Program-made: the position numbers and the translations under genes
Shown: positions 16,924 through 25,432 of the stretch, one piece after another
Numbering within the stretch: the first letter of the stretch is position 1
How the letters are laid out: each line of letters begins with the position of its first letter
IMG/VR virus record: IMGVR_UViG_3300024341_000001
Source of the DNA: a virus
Taxonomy: Duplodnaviria; Heunggongvirae; Uroviricota; Caudoviricetes
Strand: one strand, 5' to 3'
Length of the DNA stretch: 64,000 bases
The notes under the pieces: generated by a model
Database searches by the model: none
What the model saw: the letters and a program-made list of their open reading frames with translations, nothing else
What the model was told of the DNA's origin: nothing

Positions 16924-17200
16924 TTTTTATCTCCATTAATTTTACGTCATAATCAAACGACAATATTAAATATTGTTTTAGCTTTTTCAAAAAGTCGGCG
17001 TCTTTTGGTGATGCATTAATAGTTATCAATTTAGTTTTCGTGACGAATCTTCTTTTATGTAGACCATGTTTAATAGTCTCTTCCAACGCAATTCTTAAAT
17101 TATTAGTATATGCAAATACTACACGTAATACATTATTTTCCGAGGCTACTATTGCCACTATACCATTTGTTTTAGTTTTTATAATAAGATATTGTCTCAT
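16886..17200 (-). CDS. Hypothetical protein
   Basis: 104-aa ORF. Confidence 0.55.
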   Translation of the reverse strand: MRQYLIIKTKTNGIVAIVASENNVLRVVFAYTNNLRIALEETIKHGLHKRRFVTKTKLITINASPKDADFLKKLKQYLILSFDYDVKLMEIKNEHIQHDDRKHD

Positions 17201-17201
17201 G

Positions 17202-17290
17202 CGGAAAGTAGGAGATTCGAACTCCTATGGCGCACTACACGCCTACTGGTTTTCGAGACCAGGCCCCGCACCAATGAGGTCAGACTTTCC
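17202..17290 (-). tRNA. tRNA-Ser(CGA)
   Basis: Loop CTCGAAA, long variable arm. Confidence 0.93.
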
Positions 17291-17294
17291 TATG

Positions 17295-17381
17295 CGGAGA
17301 GTTAGGGATTCGAACCCCAGACGGACATAATGCCGCGCGCAATTTTCAAGATTGGTTCCTCGACCAAACCGGACACTCTCC
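17295..17381 (-). tRNA. tRNA-Ser(TGA)
   Basis: Loop CTTGAAA, long variable arm. Confidence 0.93.
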
Positions 17382-17392
17382 AAGAAAGCCAA

Positions 17393-17545
17393 TTATTTGG
17401 CTTTCAATAGTTGATACACTTTTCTTGTGCAAGTGGGTTTCATTACTAATGGAACTGATTTTTTATCGTAATATTCTACCCAAGGCGCATCTTTTGTTAT
17501 TTTATAGGCTTTCTTACGCAAAGCCTTAGCTCGTTTTCCATTCAT
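17393..17545 (-). CDS. Small basic phage protein (50 aa)
   Basis: MNGKRAKALRKK...CTRKVYQLLKAK; start overlaps the ligase stop. Confidence 0.55.
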   Translation of the reverse strand: MNGKRAKALRKKAYKITKDAPWVEYYDKKSVPLVMKPTCTRKVYQLLKAK

Positions 17546-18756
17546 TCTTCAACCACGCATTCTGTGTGTATTTTATCTGGTCGTAGTCGCTGAATTATTC
17601 CAAACTGTAATTTTCCAGAATCTTGAATATCCTGATATTCAGCTTCGATTACAAAGTTCTTTTTTACTTTACCAGAATTTAGATCCTTTGTAAGTTGTGC
17701 TAGTTCATCGTGAGTTAGTTTACCAGGGCCGACATATCCACGATCGATAATGGTGCCTTTGGAGTCGTATTGTGCCACAGCAAACTTCGCATAAAAATTG
17801 GCGTGTTTTCCGGATTTTCCCTTAAGCCATTCTGTGACAAAAAAGTCATCAGTTTTGAGAAATTTGTATTTATAACTTCCCGCTCGATGTGCTTCTCCAT
17901 CCATTGTATAAGAGATATATGATTTCTCACCTGGCACACGAAGGACAAAACCCTCCCAATTTTCTTCTTCGGCAAATTGAAGTAGCTCCTTCCAATCTGT
18001 GTATATGGGGGGCACGTTGATATTGATAGATTTGAGTAATTCGAATCGTTTAGTATATTCTCTATTTCCGACAAAATCTCCTTTGAAGAATAGGACATCG
18101 AAGGGGATACAGTTGAATTGTCCATCTTTTGATAACTCGTTATAACGCGATATAGCCTCCGCAGCATCATCTTTACGAACAACCTGCGCTACATGTCTAG
18201 GCGATTCACGTTTTGTTGTGTTGTTATAATATATAAATTCGGTTAATAAAAACGTTTCACTTGGTAGTATAGCCAATAATTTTTTTATAGGCGGTAACTG
18301 TATTAATACGTCTGTACGATCTTCCATACGACGTGAAAATACTTTTTCGGTAGTTTTGCCTTTAACCAAGAATAAGCAATGCCCATCGAATTTTCTTTGT
18401 CCATACGTATTTTTACCATCAATAATTGATTGTGGTGTTTTAGATATAGGTTTATTAGGACAAAATGCTTCTGGTATATTATCCAGATCAATAACAGTTT
18501 GCACTATTGATGAGGTAACTGAAGGCATCTTTGTATCGTAACCTTCTTTTTTCTTAATTACGATCTTGGCTTCCATCTCTGCCAATGCCTGCTCTGCAGG
18601 TGTAGTTTCATTAGCTTTACCGATATTCATTCCCACACATACCTTCACAGTTTCTTGCTGTTTACCGTTTAATTGCCCCCAACGAGTATAGAATTTTTCT
18701 TTTACAGTCCAGAATTCTAATACTTTAATTTTTCCTGTTTTGCTTTTTTGGTACAA
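17542..18756 (-). CDS. lig: ATP-dependent DNA ligase with N-terminal WGR-like region
   Basis: KFDGH motif I, TEF, FDVL, EGFVLR, KYK; OB-fold C-terminus. Confidence 0.85.
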   Translation of the reverse strand: MYQKSKTGKIKVLEFWTVKEKFYTRWGQLNGKQQETVKVCVGMNIGKANETTPAEQALAEMEAKIVIKKKEGYDTKMPSVTSSIVQTVIDLDNIPEAFCPNKPISKTPQSIIDGKNTYGQRKFDGHCLFLVKGKTTEKVFSRRMEDRTDVLIQLPPIKKLLAILPSETFLLTEFIYYNNTTKRESPRHVAQVVRKDDAAEAISRYNELSKDGQFNCIPFDVLFFKGDFVGNREYTKRFELLKSININVPPIYTDWKELLQFAEEENWEGFVLRVPGEKSYISYTMDGEAHRAGSYKYKFLKTDDFFVTEWLKGKSGKHANFYAKFAVAQYDSKGTIIDRGYVGPGKLTHDELAQLTKDLNSGKVKKNFVIEAEYQDIQDSGKLQFGIIQRLRPDKIHTECVVEE

Positions 18757-18758
18757 AG

Positions 18759-18941
18759 TTAATTTTTTAATCCGAGCACCTTATTAGTTAGATTTGTCAT
18801 ACAAATTGAACAAATATTACAATAAACAGGTATATAAGCATCATTAGTGCAAAGTACAAATTTTTCATTTTTTATTATCTTTGCTTGACATTTATGACAA
18901 TGTCTGGTATTATCTGCTTTTTCTACTGTTATTTTTCTCAT
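18759..18941 (-). CDS. Small Zn-finger-like protein
   Basis: CHKC...CSIC. Confidence 0.5.
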   Translation of the reverse strand: MRKITVEKADNTRHCHKCQAKIIKNEKFVLCTNDAYIPVYCNICSICMTNLTNKVLGLKN

Positions 18942-19294
18942 TCTTTAATTCCCAAATTAGTATGTAATTTGCTTTTTACGGCGGCCATTGAATTGAGTAA
19001 CTGTGTTAATAATAATTTTCGGTAATCTTCTAAATCCATTTCTAGCGCCAACGCCCTCAGTTTAACATGTATGGCGTCCGGTTTAATAGCAAGTTCTATA
19101 TCTTTGGACAACGTCCTTAACAATTCTACACATTTGTCTGTTGTAGCATTGTGTATAAAATTTTCTATATCTGTTATATGTTGTTCCATAGGTTTGATTG
19201 TGAAAGTGAGAGTTGAGTAATCGTCAAAGAATAATTTTTTTATAGCAGCGGTAGTAATAACTGCTAATTCTATTTGTTCATATGCCTTAAACAT
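18938..19294 (-). CDS. Hypothetical protein
   Basis: 118-aa ORF. Confidence 0.6.
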   Translation of the reverse strand: MFKAYEQIELAVITTAAIKKLFFDDYSTLTFTIKPMEQHITDIENFIHNATTDKCVELLRTLSKDIELAIKPDAIHVKLRALALEMDLEDYRKLLLTQLLNSMAAVKSKLHTNLGIKE

Positions 19295-19295
19295 G

Positions 19296-19369
19296 TACCC
19301 CCAGCAGGACTCGAACCCGCACTATTCGCGTCCGAAGCGCGACGTTTTATCCAATTAGACTATAGGGGT
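19296..19369 (-). tRNA. tRNA-Arg(TCG)
   Basis: Loop CTTCGGA. Confidence 0.92.
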
Positions 19370-19378
19370 ATAATTATC

Positions 19379-19942
19379 TTATACCAAACTTATTATAGCA
19401 ATAACTAATATCCAAGCAATAATTCCACCTTTATATAATTCAACGGTATCACCAACCTCTCCGCCGAAAAATTTCATCCAATAACTAGGTATTTTTAACT
19501 TTCCGATTTGGCGCGTTCTTGGTAACCAAGGCATATATTTTGGTAAACGAAATCCTAGAATGTGAATAACTTCTCGAGAGCGCCACCAACTTTCCGGTAA
19601 TTTTATCCAACGAGAAAACAAAAAGAACATTAAGTCTTCAACCCCCGCATAGAATAAAAATACCGTACATAGAAACATTACAAGCGATACAAATGTATAA
19701 CCACTCCAGAATATTAACATTAATGCGACTTCAGCAAACCAAAATATAAATTGGCCCACAGATATATTCTCTGATGCAGTGTTTTTTAGTATTAATGTAT
19801 CTTCTTCAACGTCGGGAGGTAAAAACGGTAATGTATCCATTATTGCTTCCCAATATAATAATTCTTTTTTAGCCATTTGCCACAAGTCAAAAAGTGAAAT
19901 AGCTATAAACTGTAGTATTTGAAATAGTAATTGTGCTATCAT
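19379..19942 (-). CDS. Hypothetical membrane protein
   Basis: Several hydrophobic segments. Confidence 0.6.
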   Translation of the reverse strand: MIAQLLFQILQFIAISLFDLWQMAKKELLYWEAIMDTLPFLPPDVEEDTLILKNTASENISVGQFIFWFAEVALMLIFWSGYTFVSLVMFLCTVFLFYAGVEDLMFFLFSRWIKLPESWWRSREVIHILGFRLPKYMPWLPRTRQIGKLKIPSYWMKFFGGEVGDTVELYKGGIIAWILVIAIISLV

Positions 19943-19944
19943 AG

Positions 19945-20018
19945 TACTCCTAATAGGACTTGAACCTACAACCTCTTCGTTCGTAGCGAAGCGCTCTATC
20001 CAATTGAGCTATAGGAGC
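19945..20018 (-). tRNA. tRNA-Arg(ACG)
   Basis: Loop CTACGAA. Confidence 0.93.
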
Positions 20019-20021
20019 ATG

Positions 20022-20096
20022 TACCCTCGATGGGAGTCGAACCCACACACAAGTCCTTAGGAGGGACTGACTCTATTCCATTTAAGTTACGAGGGT
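20022..20096 (-). tRNA. tRNA-Arg(CCT)
   Basis: Loop CTCCTAA. Confidence 0.93.
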
Positions 20097-20540
20097 GGAG
20101 GTGTTACATCGTGGACTACATTTTGGGCATGGGCAACTTATACCGTGTACACAGGGAGTCCCATCTAGTTTCATACCAGTACCATGACATTCTGTACATT
20201 GGTCGTGCATGCATGGCTGCCAATGTGTATGTTTTTGAATATTTTCCAAATGTTGTTTTTGGATTCGTCTTAAGTTTTCTTCGTATTGTTCTTTATTCAT
20301 ATCGATCCTTAGTTGTAGTAGGGATCCTAGCCAATCCCCCACACAGGCGGGAATTAATAGCCAAGGGTCACTTACATATGATATAACAATTACCGCGCCA
20401 AGCAAATATAATACTGAACCGGAGCTTGCCGCTTGTAGTTGTTTTTTTAAAGTTTGCGCATGTGCTGTGCGTCGTATATAATATGAATATAAAAAGCCGA
20501 GCACAAATGCTGCGAGAAATACATATATTATTTGAACCAT
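20082..20540 (-). CDS. Membrane domain plus Cys-rich domain hypothetical protein
   Basis: TM N-terminus then CMHDQCTECHGTG...CPCPKC; may be two fused small genes. Confidence 0.5.
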   Translation of the reverse strand: MVQIIYVFLAAFVLGFLYSYYIRRTAHAQTLKKQLQAASSGSVLYLLGAVIVISYVSDPWLLIPACVGDWLGSLLQLRIDMNKEQYEENLRRIQKQHLENIQKHTHWQPCMHDQCTECHGTGMKLDGTPCVHGISCPCPKCSPRCNTSTLVT

Positions 20541-20542
20541 AG

Positions 20543-20616
20543 AGCGGTTGATGGGATTCGAACCCACGAGATTCTGCATGGCAAGCAGACGCACTAGGCC
20601 TCTATGCGACAACCGC
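20543..20616 (-). tRNA. tRNA-Gly(GCC)
   Basis: Loop TTGCCAT, T73. Confidence 0.93.
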
Positions 20617-20623
20617 CTAATTA

Positions 20624-20980
20624 TTACTTTTCTATCATAAAGATTCCGATAAGATCGAAAGCGTTATTTACGAAAAATTCATGACAGATAGGTTTTTCAA
20701 AAGTATCAAGTATCTTTTTAAAGTTACTCTCCAGCTCAGCCAAACTGTTGGTTGATATATTTCCGATAGTATGTTGAATTATTTCTATCGATGTGGGATC
20801 GTCTTCTTCTCTGTATCCCAAACTGATAATTAGTTGATCAAGGGGTTCTACATATTCCACACCTAAGCTATGTGCCGAAATATTTTGAGTAGCTGCAAAT
20901 TCAGTTACTTCTTTTAATATTTTTTCCGGGCTGTCAGAATTACTTTTAAATAATTTGATCTTATTAAAATATGTTTTCAT
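20624..20980 (-). CDS. Hypothetical protein
   Basis: 118-aa ORF. Confidence 0.6.
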   Translation of the reverse strand: MKTYFNKIKLFKSNSDSPEKILKEVTEFAATQNISAHSLGVEYVEPLDQLIISLGYREEDDPTSIEIIQHTIGNISTNSLAELESNFKKILDTFEKPICHEFFVNNAFDLIGIFMIEK

Positions 20981-21009
20981 ATATGTGATCCTTTATAAAA
21001 GTTGAAAAT

Positions 21010-21381
21010 TTAGTGAGATTGTCCATCTATAACTGGAAACAAATCAAATATACGCATACCATGTGATTCGAAAGGTATATTAAAATCTTTACAAGCAAGT
21101 CGTATTCGTTCTACTCCAAGTGGATTCCACGAAATACAACAAACTTTTTGTATTGACTTACCTGCTTTGCCATATTCGGTTATTAAATGAGAACCATCAT
21201 GACAACTATCTCCAAGATCATGATCCATGTAAATAATGTCATATACATTTTTCTGAATTAATTTCAACGCATCTTCAAATGTTGTGGCTACATGAATATT
21301 GGTGCGGTTTAAATCAAACCACTCCGGTTGTTTTTCATCATCAACAAATAAAATCATTTTTTCGTATAACCCATGGATCAC
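21010..21381 (-). CDS. Stand-alone receiver-like domain (cyclic-phosphate-processing type)
   Basis: ILFVDDE...TTFEDA...IYMDHDLG. Confidence 0.65.
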   Translation of the reverse strand: MIHGLYEKMILFVDDEKQPEWFDLNRTNIHVATTFEDALKLIQKNVYDIIYMDHDLGDSCHDGSHLITEYGKAGKSIQKVCCISWNPLGVERIRLACKDFNIPFESHGMRIFDLFPVIDGQSH

Positions 21382-21844
21382 TCCCTGGATAAGCCCAATA
21401 GGGATTTGCTTGTTTTGATGCGTGGTTTGTATCAGTTAATACTACTTCATCCATAAATTGATCCTTTAGTTTATACAAACGCTTTTCCAACCCATTAATC
21501 ATCTGTGAAGGATGCTCATGATAATGTACGGAGTTTTCATCCCAATTAGGATGAAATCTTTTAATGTCACTATATATAATATATGCTCGTAATGGAGCAG
21601 GATTCACTAATTGACATTTTAAAGCCCATTCATAATTAAGTTGTAAAATATAAATACCGACTGAGGCCGCCTTATCAGAAAATTCCATTGAAATATTTAT
21701 TTGACCGATTTGGTGCGCCTTATGCGCAGGTTGTTCAGGATAATTATATCCGCAACACGACCAAAGTGTTTTGATACCTAATAAGTTTAAATAAGCAATG
21801 GTTTTTACCAATGGTAAATCGATATCGTCTTTTAAGTTTGACAA
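21341..21844 (-). CDS. Hypothetical protein, TYW3-like N-terminus possible
   Basis: LPLVKTIAYLNLLGIKTLWSCCG. Confidence 0.45.
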   Translation of the reverse strand: MSNLKDDIDLPLVKTIAYLNLLGIKTLWSCCGYNYPEQPAHKAHQIGQINISMEFSDKAASVGIYILQLNYEWALKCQLVNPAPLRAYIIYSDIKRFHPNWDENSVHYHEHPSQMINGLEKRLYKLKDQFMDEVVLTDTNHASKQANPYWAYPGSDPWVIRKNDFIC

Positions 21845-22278
21845 ATTTGTACTCCTAGTTCGTCTCTAAGTAAAAAGTTCTTTGCAGTTATTAACTCATT
21901 GGGCACAGAATATTTATTTTGTAAATATTCCCGTTCTAGCATTTTATATCTATGCAATAGTTCCATAGCATCGCTATGACGTTTTCGCGCGTCCTTTATT
22001 GAAGACAGAGAATCTTGCACAAGAATAAACGCGTGTAGTTTAGTAACTAGTTCTTTTTCGTTTAGAGAATATGTTATTCTTTTTCCAAAACACTTTTTAT
22101 CACATTCTTGCCAATTTATCGGTGCTGTTGGATATCGTTCTTCCACTCCTATACGTATAAATCCTGCAGGTAAATGTATTTCAATATTAAATGGTTTTAA
22201 ACTCAAATGAAGTCCTAAACTGATAAAATACCATTTTGTATACCGAAAATAACAAACAAATTCTAATTTTTTATCCAT
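21832..22278 (-). CDS. Hypothetical protein
   Basis: 148-aa ORF. Confidence 0.55.
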   Translation of the reverse strand: MDKKLEFVCYFRYTKWYFISLGLHLSLKPFNIEIHLPAGFIRIGVEERYPTAPINWQECDKKCFGKRITYSLNEKELVTKLHAFILVQDSLSSIKDARKRHSDAMELLHRYKMLEREYLQNKYSVPNELITAKNFLLRDELGVQICQT

Positions 22279-22490
22279 TTGTTCTTCTCATAGTGCCAGT
22301 TTGCAATAACATTATCATCAATACCTATTGCCTGAATCAAACAACCTTCTTGTATTATCAGGTGCGGATCTAATTGTTCAAATTCTTGTTGTGTGCGACA
22401 TTTGTAATACAAACCCCAATCACATTTTAATTCATATCTGATTGCATTATATGGTAATTCAGTTGGAAAATGAAAAACGATGGATCTCAT
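22263..22490 (-). CDS. Hypothetical protein
   Basis: 75-aa ORF. Confidence 0.5.
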   Translation of the reverse strand: MRSIVFHFPTELPYNAIRYELKCDWGLYYKCRTQQEFEQLDPHLIIQEGCLIQAIGIDDNVIANWHYEKNKWIKN

Positions 22491-22723
22491 CTTTGTCCTG
22501 GTCTAGAATCATCACATACCGAAATTACATATTTCGACCCATGATATAATTCTTGTACTTTATGTATAACAACAGTCACATTGTTTGCATATAATTTTCT
22601 CGCAATCTCGAATGGATCTTCGTCAGTCTGGAATTCTGTGCGTACGGGATAACCGCTGCGATTTAACACTGATTCCTCTTCCTGGGAACCATACCACCAA
22701 TTTAAATATATTGTGTAGGTCAT
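22487..22723 (-). CDS. Hypothetical protein
   Basis: Start revised to MTYTIYL (ATGA overlap). Confidence 0.5.
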   Translation of the reverse strand: MTYTIYLNWWYGSQEEESVLNRSGYPVRTEFQTDEDPFEIARKLYANNVTVVIHKVQELYHGSKYVISVCDDSRPGQR

Positions 22724-22971
22724 ACTGGAAATTGTCCTTGTATTTGTCCACAATTTAGACAATAAATAAATGTTACGTTATCACCATCCCCCATTAAACC
22801 TACATCCCTTGGTGGGTAACTTTCAAAACTACTAAACTCGTTTACAGTTTCGTAAGAGTCTTGATACGTAATAAAGAAACACATGTCTTTACATCTTGCC
22901 GAAATATATGCAAGTTTAACCTCATTACATCGTTTGCATGGCTGCTGCAATGCTTTTTTTATTGTTTCCAT
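22720..22971 (-). CDS. Cys-rich hypothetical protein
   Basis: CKRC...CLNCGQIQG; start revised to avoid tRNA-Gly. Confidence 0.55.
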   Translation of the reverse strand: METIKKALQQPCKRCNEVKLAYISARCKDMCFFITYQDSYETVNEFSSFESYPPRDVGLMGDGDNVTFIYCLNCGQIQGQFPV

Positions 22972-22973
22972 AG

Positions 22974-23047
22974 AGCGGGTAACCGGTCTCGAACCGGCCT
23001 TATTCCACGTTGGAAGCGTGGTGCCATACCGACTAGGCGATACCCGC
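22974..23047 (-). tRNA. tRNA-Gly(TCC)
   Basis: Loop CTTCCAA. Confidence 0.93.
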
Positions 23048-23056
23048 ATTTGGACA

Positions 23057-23647
23057 TTATGAATCTTTGTCCAAACGATAATTACTTGTAGAGATATTCA
23101 TTGACTTATAACTCTTCTGAAAACCATCTGTGTTTGCTGCAAAACACAATACGTTTTTGCTATCAAATCCATATGAACGTGTAGCATCATTTATAGCATC
23201 CATATTTGCTGAGAAGAAATCGAATTTCCATCCAAGCGCTGTTTTTGCCGTAATGATATCTTTAATTTGATCTTTCGAAAACCTCACGCTTGAGTTTTCT
23301 TGCCCATCGGTTATGATTACCATAATCACGTGATCAGTTTTTTGATCGTCCGGAAGTTTTGCTTGACGATCCTCAACGCGTTTCACGGCATCACCAATGG
23401 CATCTAACAATGCAGTATTGCCTCTTGGCACATAAGATATACGTGAAAGTGGTACAGCTTTTTGCAATTCTACACCATCTTCAAATACATCATATTCAGT
23501 GTCAAATAAAACAGTAGTTATTTTTGCATCGCCAGGGAGTTTTTTCTGCTCATCAATAAATGTGTTATAACCACCTATTGTGTCAGCCACAAATCCAGAC
23601 ATCGATCCCGAGCGATCGATTACAACAATTATTTCAGTAGGTTTCAT
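23057..23647 (-). CDS. von Willebrand factor A domain protein
   Basis: MIDAS motif VVIDRSGSM, TALLDA, IITDGQEN. Confidence 0.9.
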   Translation of the reverse strand: MKPTEIIVVIDRSGSMSGFVADTIGGYNTFIDEQKKLPGDAKITTVLFDTEYDVFEDGVELQKAVPLSRISYVPRGNTALLDAIGDAVKRVEDRQAKLPDDQKTDHVIMVIITDGQENSSVRFSKDQIKDIITAKTALGWKFDFFSANMDAINDATRSYGFDSKNVLCFAANTDGFQKSYKSMNISTSNYRLDKDS

Positions 23648-23654
23648 TTTATCC

Positions 23655-24755
23655 TTAATAAATTAGTTTATACTGATCAATCCATTTGTACAAAATATTT
23701 CTTTCTCCGTTGGTCGCCCTACGGTTTAATTTTCCACGGACCTGTCTGACCATTTTATCTTGTGGAGACACTTCTATGGTAAGATGCTTTCGTTCGTCGC
23801 CTATCCCATCGATACTATGCAAAGTGAATATTCTGCTTTGTCCACGCACGCATGCCTGAGAATACGACCATACACAATGGTGTTGTATCTTACTTTCATA
23901 TGCAAGATCTTTTCCGGTCAATAACTGATGAATCTTCCAATGTATCTTCGTGACCTTATCATAATATTCCCATGTCGGGATATTCATTGGCATCCATGTG
24001 CCTTCAATAATTGACTTGCCGGTTAATCTACGACCCATATGCCAACGATTAGAAAATCGTATAAGGGACGATAATGTACGTCCCTCAATTTGAAAATTTT
24101 CGTAGTCATGGGCATATTTTATAAAATCCAACAGTTCAGATAACATATCCGAGTCCAACTCTTCCAAATAGTTTGTAAAGAATTGTATTATTTTGTCCCA
24201 ATAAGCAACTTCTTTCCAATCATGTATAGGAAATGGACCTAACCGGTTGGCAAACGAATTAATTAGATTAGTAGGCCAATGACGCGCCCTACATTTTGCA
24301 TACCAACTGTTGTAGAACACGTTATTTTTAGGCCCGTTTAAAAACCAATGCAGCTCTTTTGCCGTAAATATTCCCTTCACTCGATCTTTTATAGAGCGCC
24401 CTTGGCCGAGATCTATCGCCCAATAGAATAGTTCTTGAACGAACGTATTTATTTCTTTTGGGGTAGTTAAGAAAGCATTGATAAACATATCATGTACCGG
24501 ATATTTAAAAAGCAAAAATCGTATGAGACTGGTTTTCTGCCGATCTGTATTATATGATGGACATTTCCATAAAGAAAGATTATTTATGAAAAATTTCGAA
24601 TAATTTGTCAAAGCTGGCATCAATTTATATACTTCTTCACCAGTGAGTTTTTTACTTTTTGCTGGTTTGACCGATTTATATGTTTTTAGCGTGTTATCGA
24701 ATGAAGCTAGCCTACGCATTTTTTCTTGCAGTCGGCTAATAGTTTTTCGTCCCAT
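23655..24755 (-). CDS. PcfJ-like domain protein
   Basis: ESKIQHHCVWSY...TIEV...QVRGKLNR. Confidence 0.7.
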   Translation of the reverse strand: MGRKTISRLQEKMRRLASFDNTLKTYKSVKPAKSKKLTGEEVYKLMPALTNYSKFFINNLSLWKCPSYNTDRQKTSLIRFLLFKYPVHDMFINAFLTTPKEINTFVQELFYWAIDLGQGRSIKDRVKGIFTAKELHWFLNGPKNNVFYNSWYAKCRARHWPTNLINSFANRLGPFPIHDWKEVAYWDKIIQFFTNYLEELDSDMLSELLDFIKYAHDYENFQIEGRTLSSLIRFSNRWHMGRRLTGKSIIEGTWMPMNIPTWEYYDKVTKIHWKIHQLLTGKDLAYESKIQHHCVWSYSQACVRGQSRIFTLHSIDGIGDERKHLTIEVSPQDKMVRQVRGKLNRRATNGERNILYKWIDQYKLIY

Positions 24756-24783
24756 AAAATCATGTCCTAATTAGTTTTACATG

Positions 24784-24856
24784 AGTCAAGTGTCGGATTC
24801 GAACCGACGCATATAGGTTTTGCAGACCTATGCCTTAACCACTCGGCCAACTTGAC
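24784..24856 (-). tRNA. tRNA-Cys(GCA)
   Basis: Loop CTGCAAA, T73. Confidence 0.94.
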
Positions 24857-25020
24857 ATCTTTTCTTTTTGTTAATGTGAATTTACGTACTGCTAAAGTAA
24901 TATAAGTATCTGAAAGAGTTAAAATTTTACGACAATTACAACAAATGTTGGCACTTAATTTCCGTATGACTGTTGTTCCACAACACACAGTTTTTTCTTC
25001 ATATAAGTGATATTTCATAG

Positions 25021-25092
25021 CAGGGCGTACAGGACTTGAACCCGTAGTCACGGTTTTGGAGACCGTTGGTTTACCAATTAACCGAACGCCCT
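25021..25092 (-). tRNA. tRNA-Trp(CCA)
   Basis: Loop CTCCAAA, G73. Confidence 0.94.
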
Positions 25093-25097
25093 GAAAT

Positions 25098-25186
25098 AAC
25101 TCATTCCATATGCGTGCTTTGATTTAACATAGATAGCTATCTATGGCTGAAGCGTGCTCGTTACAGCTTACCTTAGAGAATGAGCC
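25098..25186 (-). other. Small structured element with an 18-bp perfect palindrome
   Basis: GGCTCATTC/GAATGAGTT closure; CATAGATAGCTATCTATG at 25128-25145. Confidence 0.4.
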
Positions 25187-25216
25187 ATAATAAAATTAAA
25201 TTACGAGCAAATGGTC

Positions 25217-25417
25217 ATATACCATCTTTATACTGTTGCTCTACCGACTGAGCTATCTCTCCCAACCAGAAAGATAGTTATAGGAGGCTTCTTTTATATT
25301 GTCATGTCCTATACCATAAAATGAATTTAATCATTCAACAAAAGGGACCAACTATCTTTCAGGGTGGAGAGAGTAGGATTCGGACCTACGACACACAGTT
25401 CTTTGATAACGATATAC
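25217..25417 (-). ncRNA. Circularly permuted tRNA-Phe-derived RNA
   Basis: 3' half (ACTGT-GTGTC-T arm-TCTCTCC-A, 25363-25406) precedes 5' half (GGAGAGA-TA-GCTCAGTCGGTAGAGC-A-ACAGT, 25225-25262); spacer closed by 11-bp GAAAGATAGTT/AACTATCTTTC. Confidence 0.8.
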
Positions 25418-25432
25418 TTCGGCTCGTAAAAT

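Noticed and set aside
24767-25051. ORF-track entries reading through RNA genes (also 38678-38869, 39662-39844, 11430-11636, 12578-12781)
   Set aside because: They overlap tRNAs, tmRNA or RNase P RNA and have no recognisable motifs. A sub-60-aa Cys-rich ORF may exist between tRNA-Trp and tRNA-Cys.
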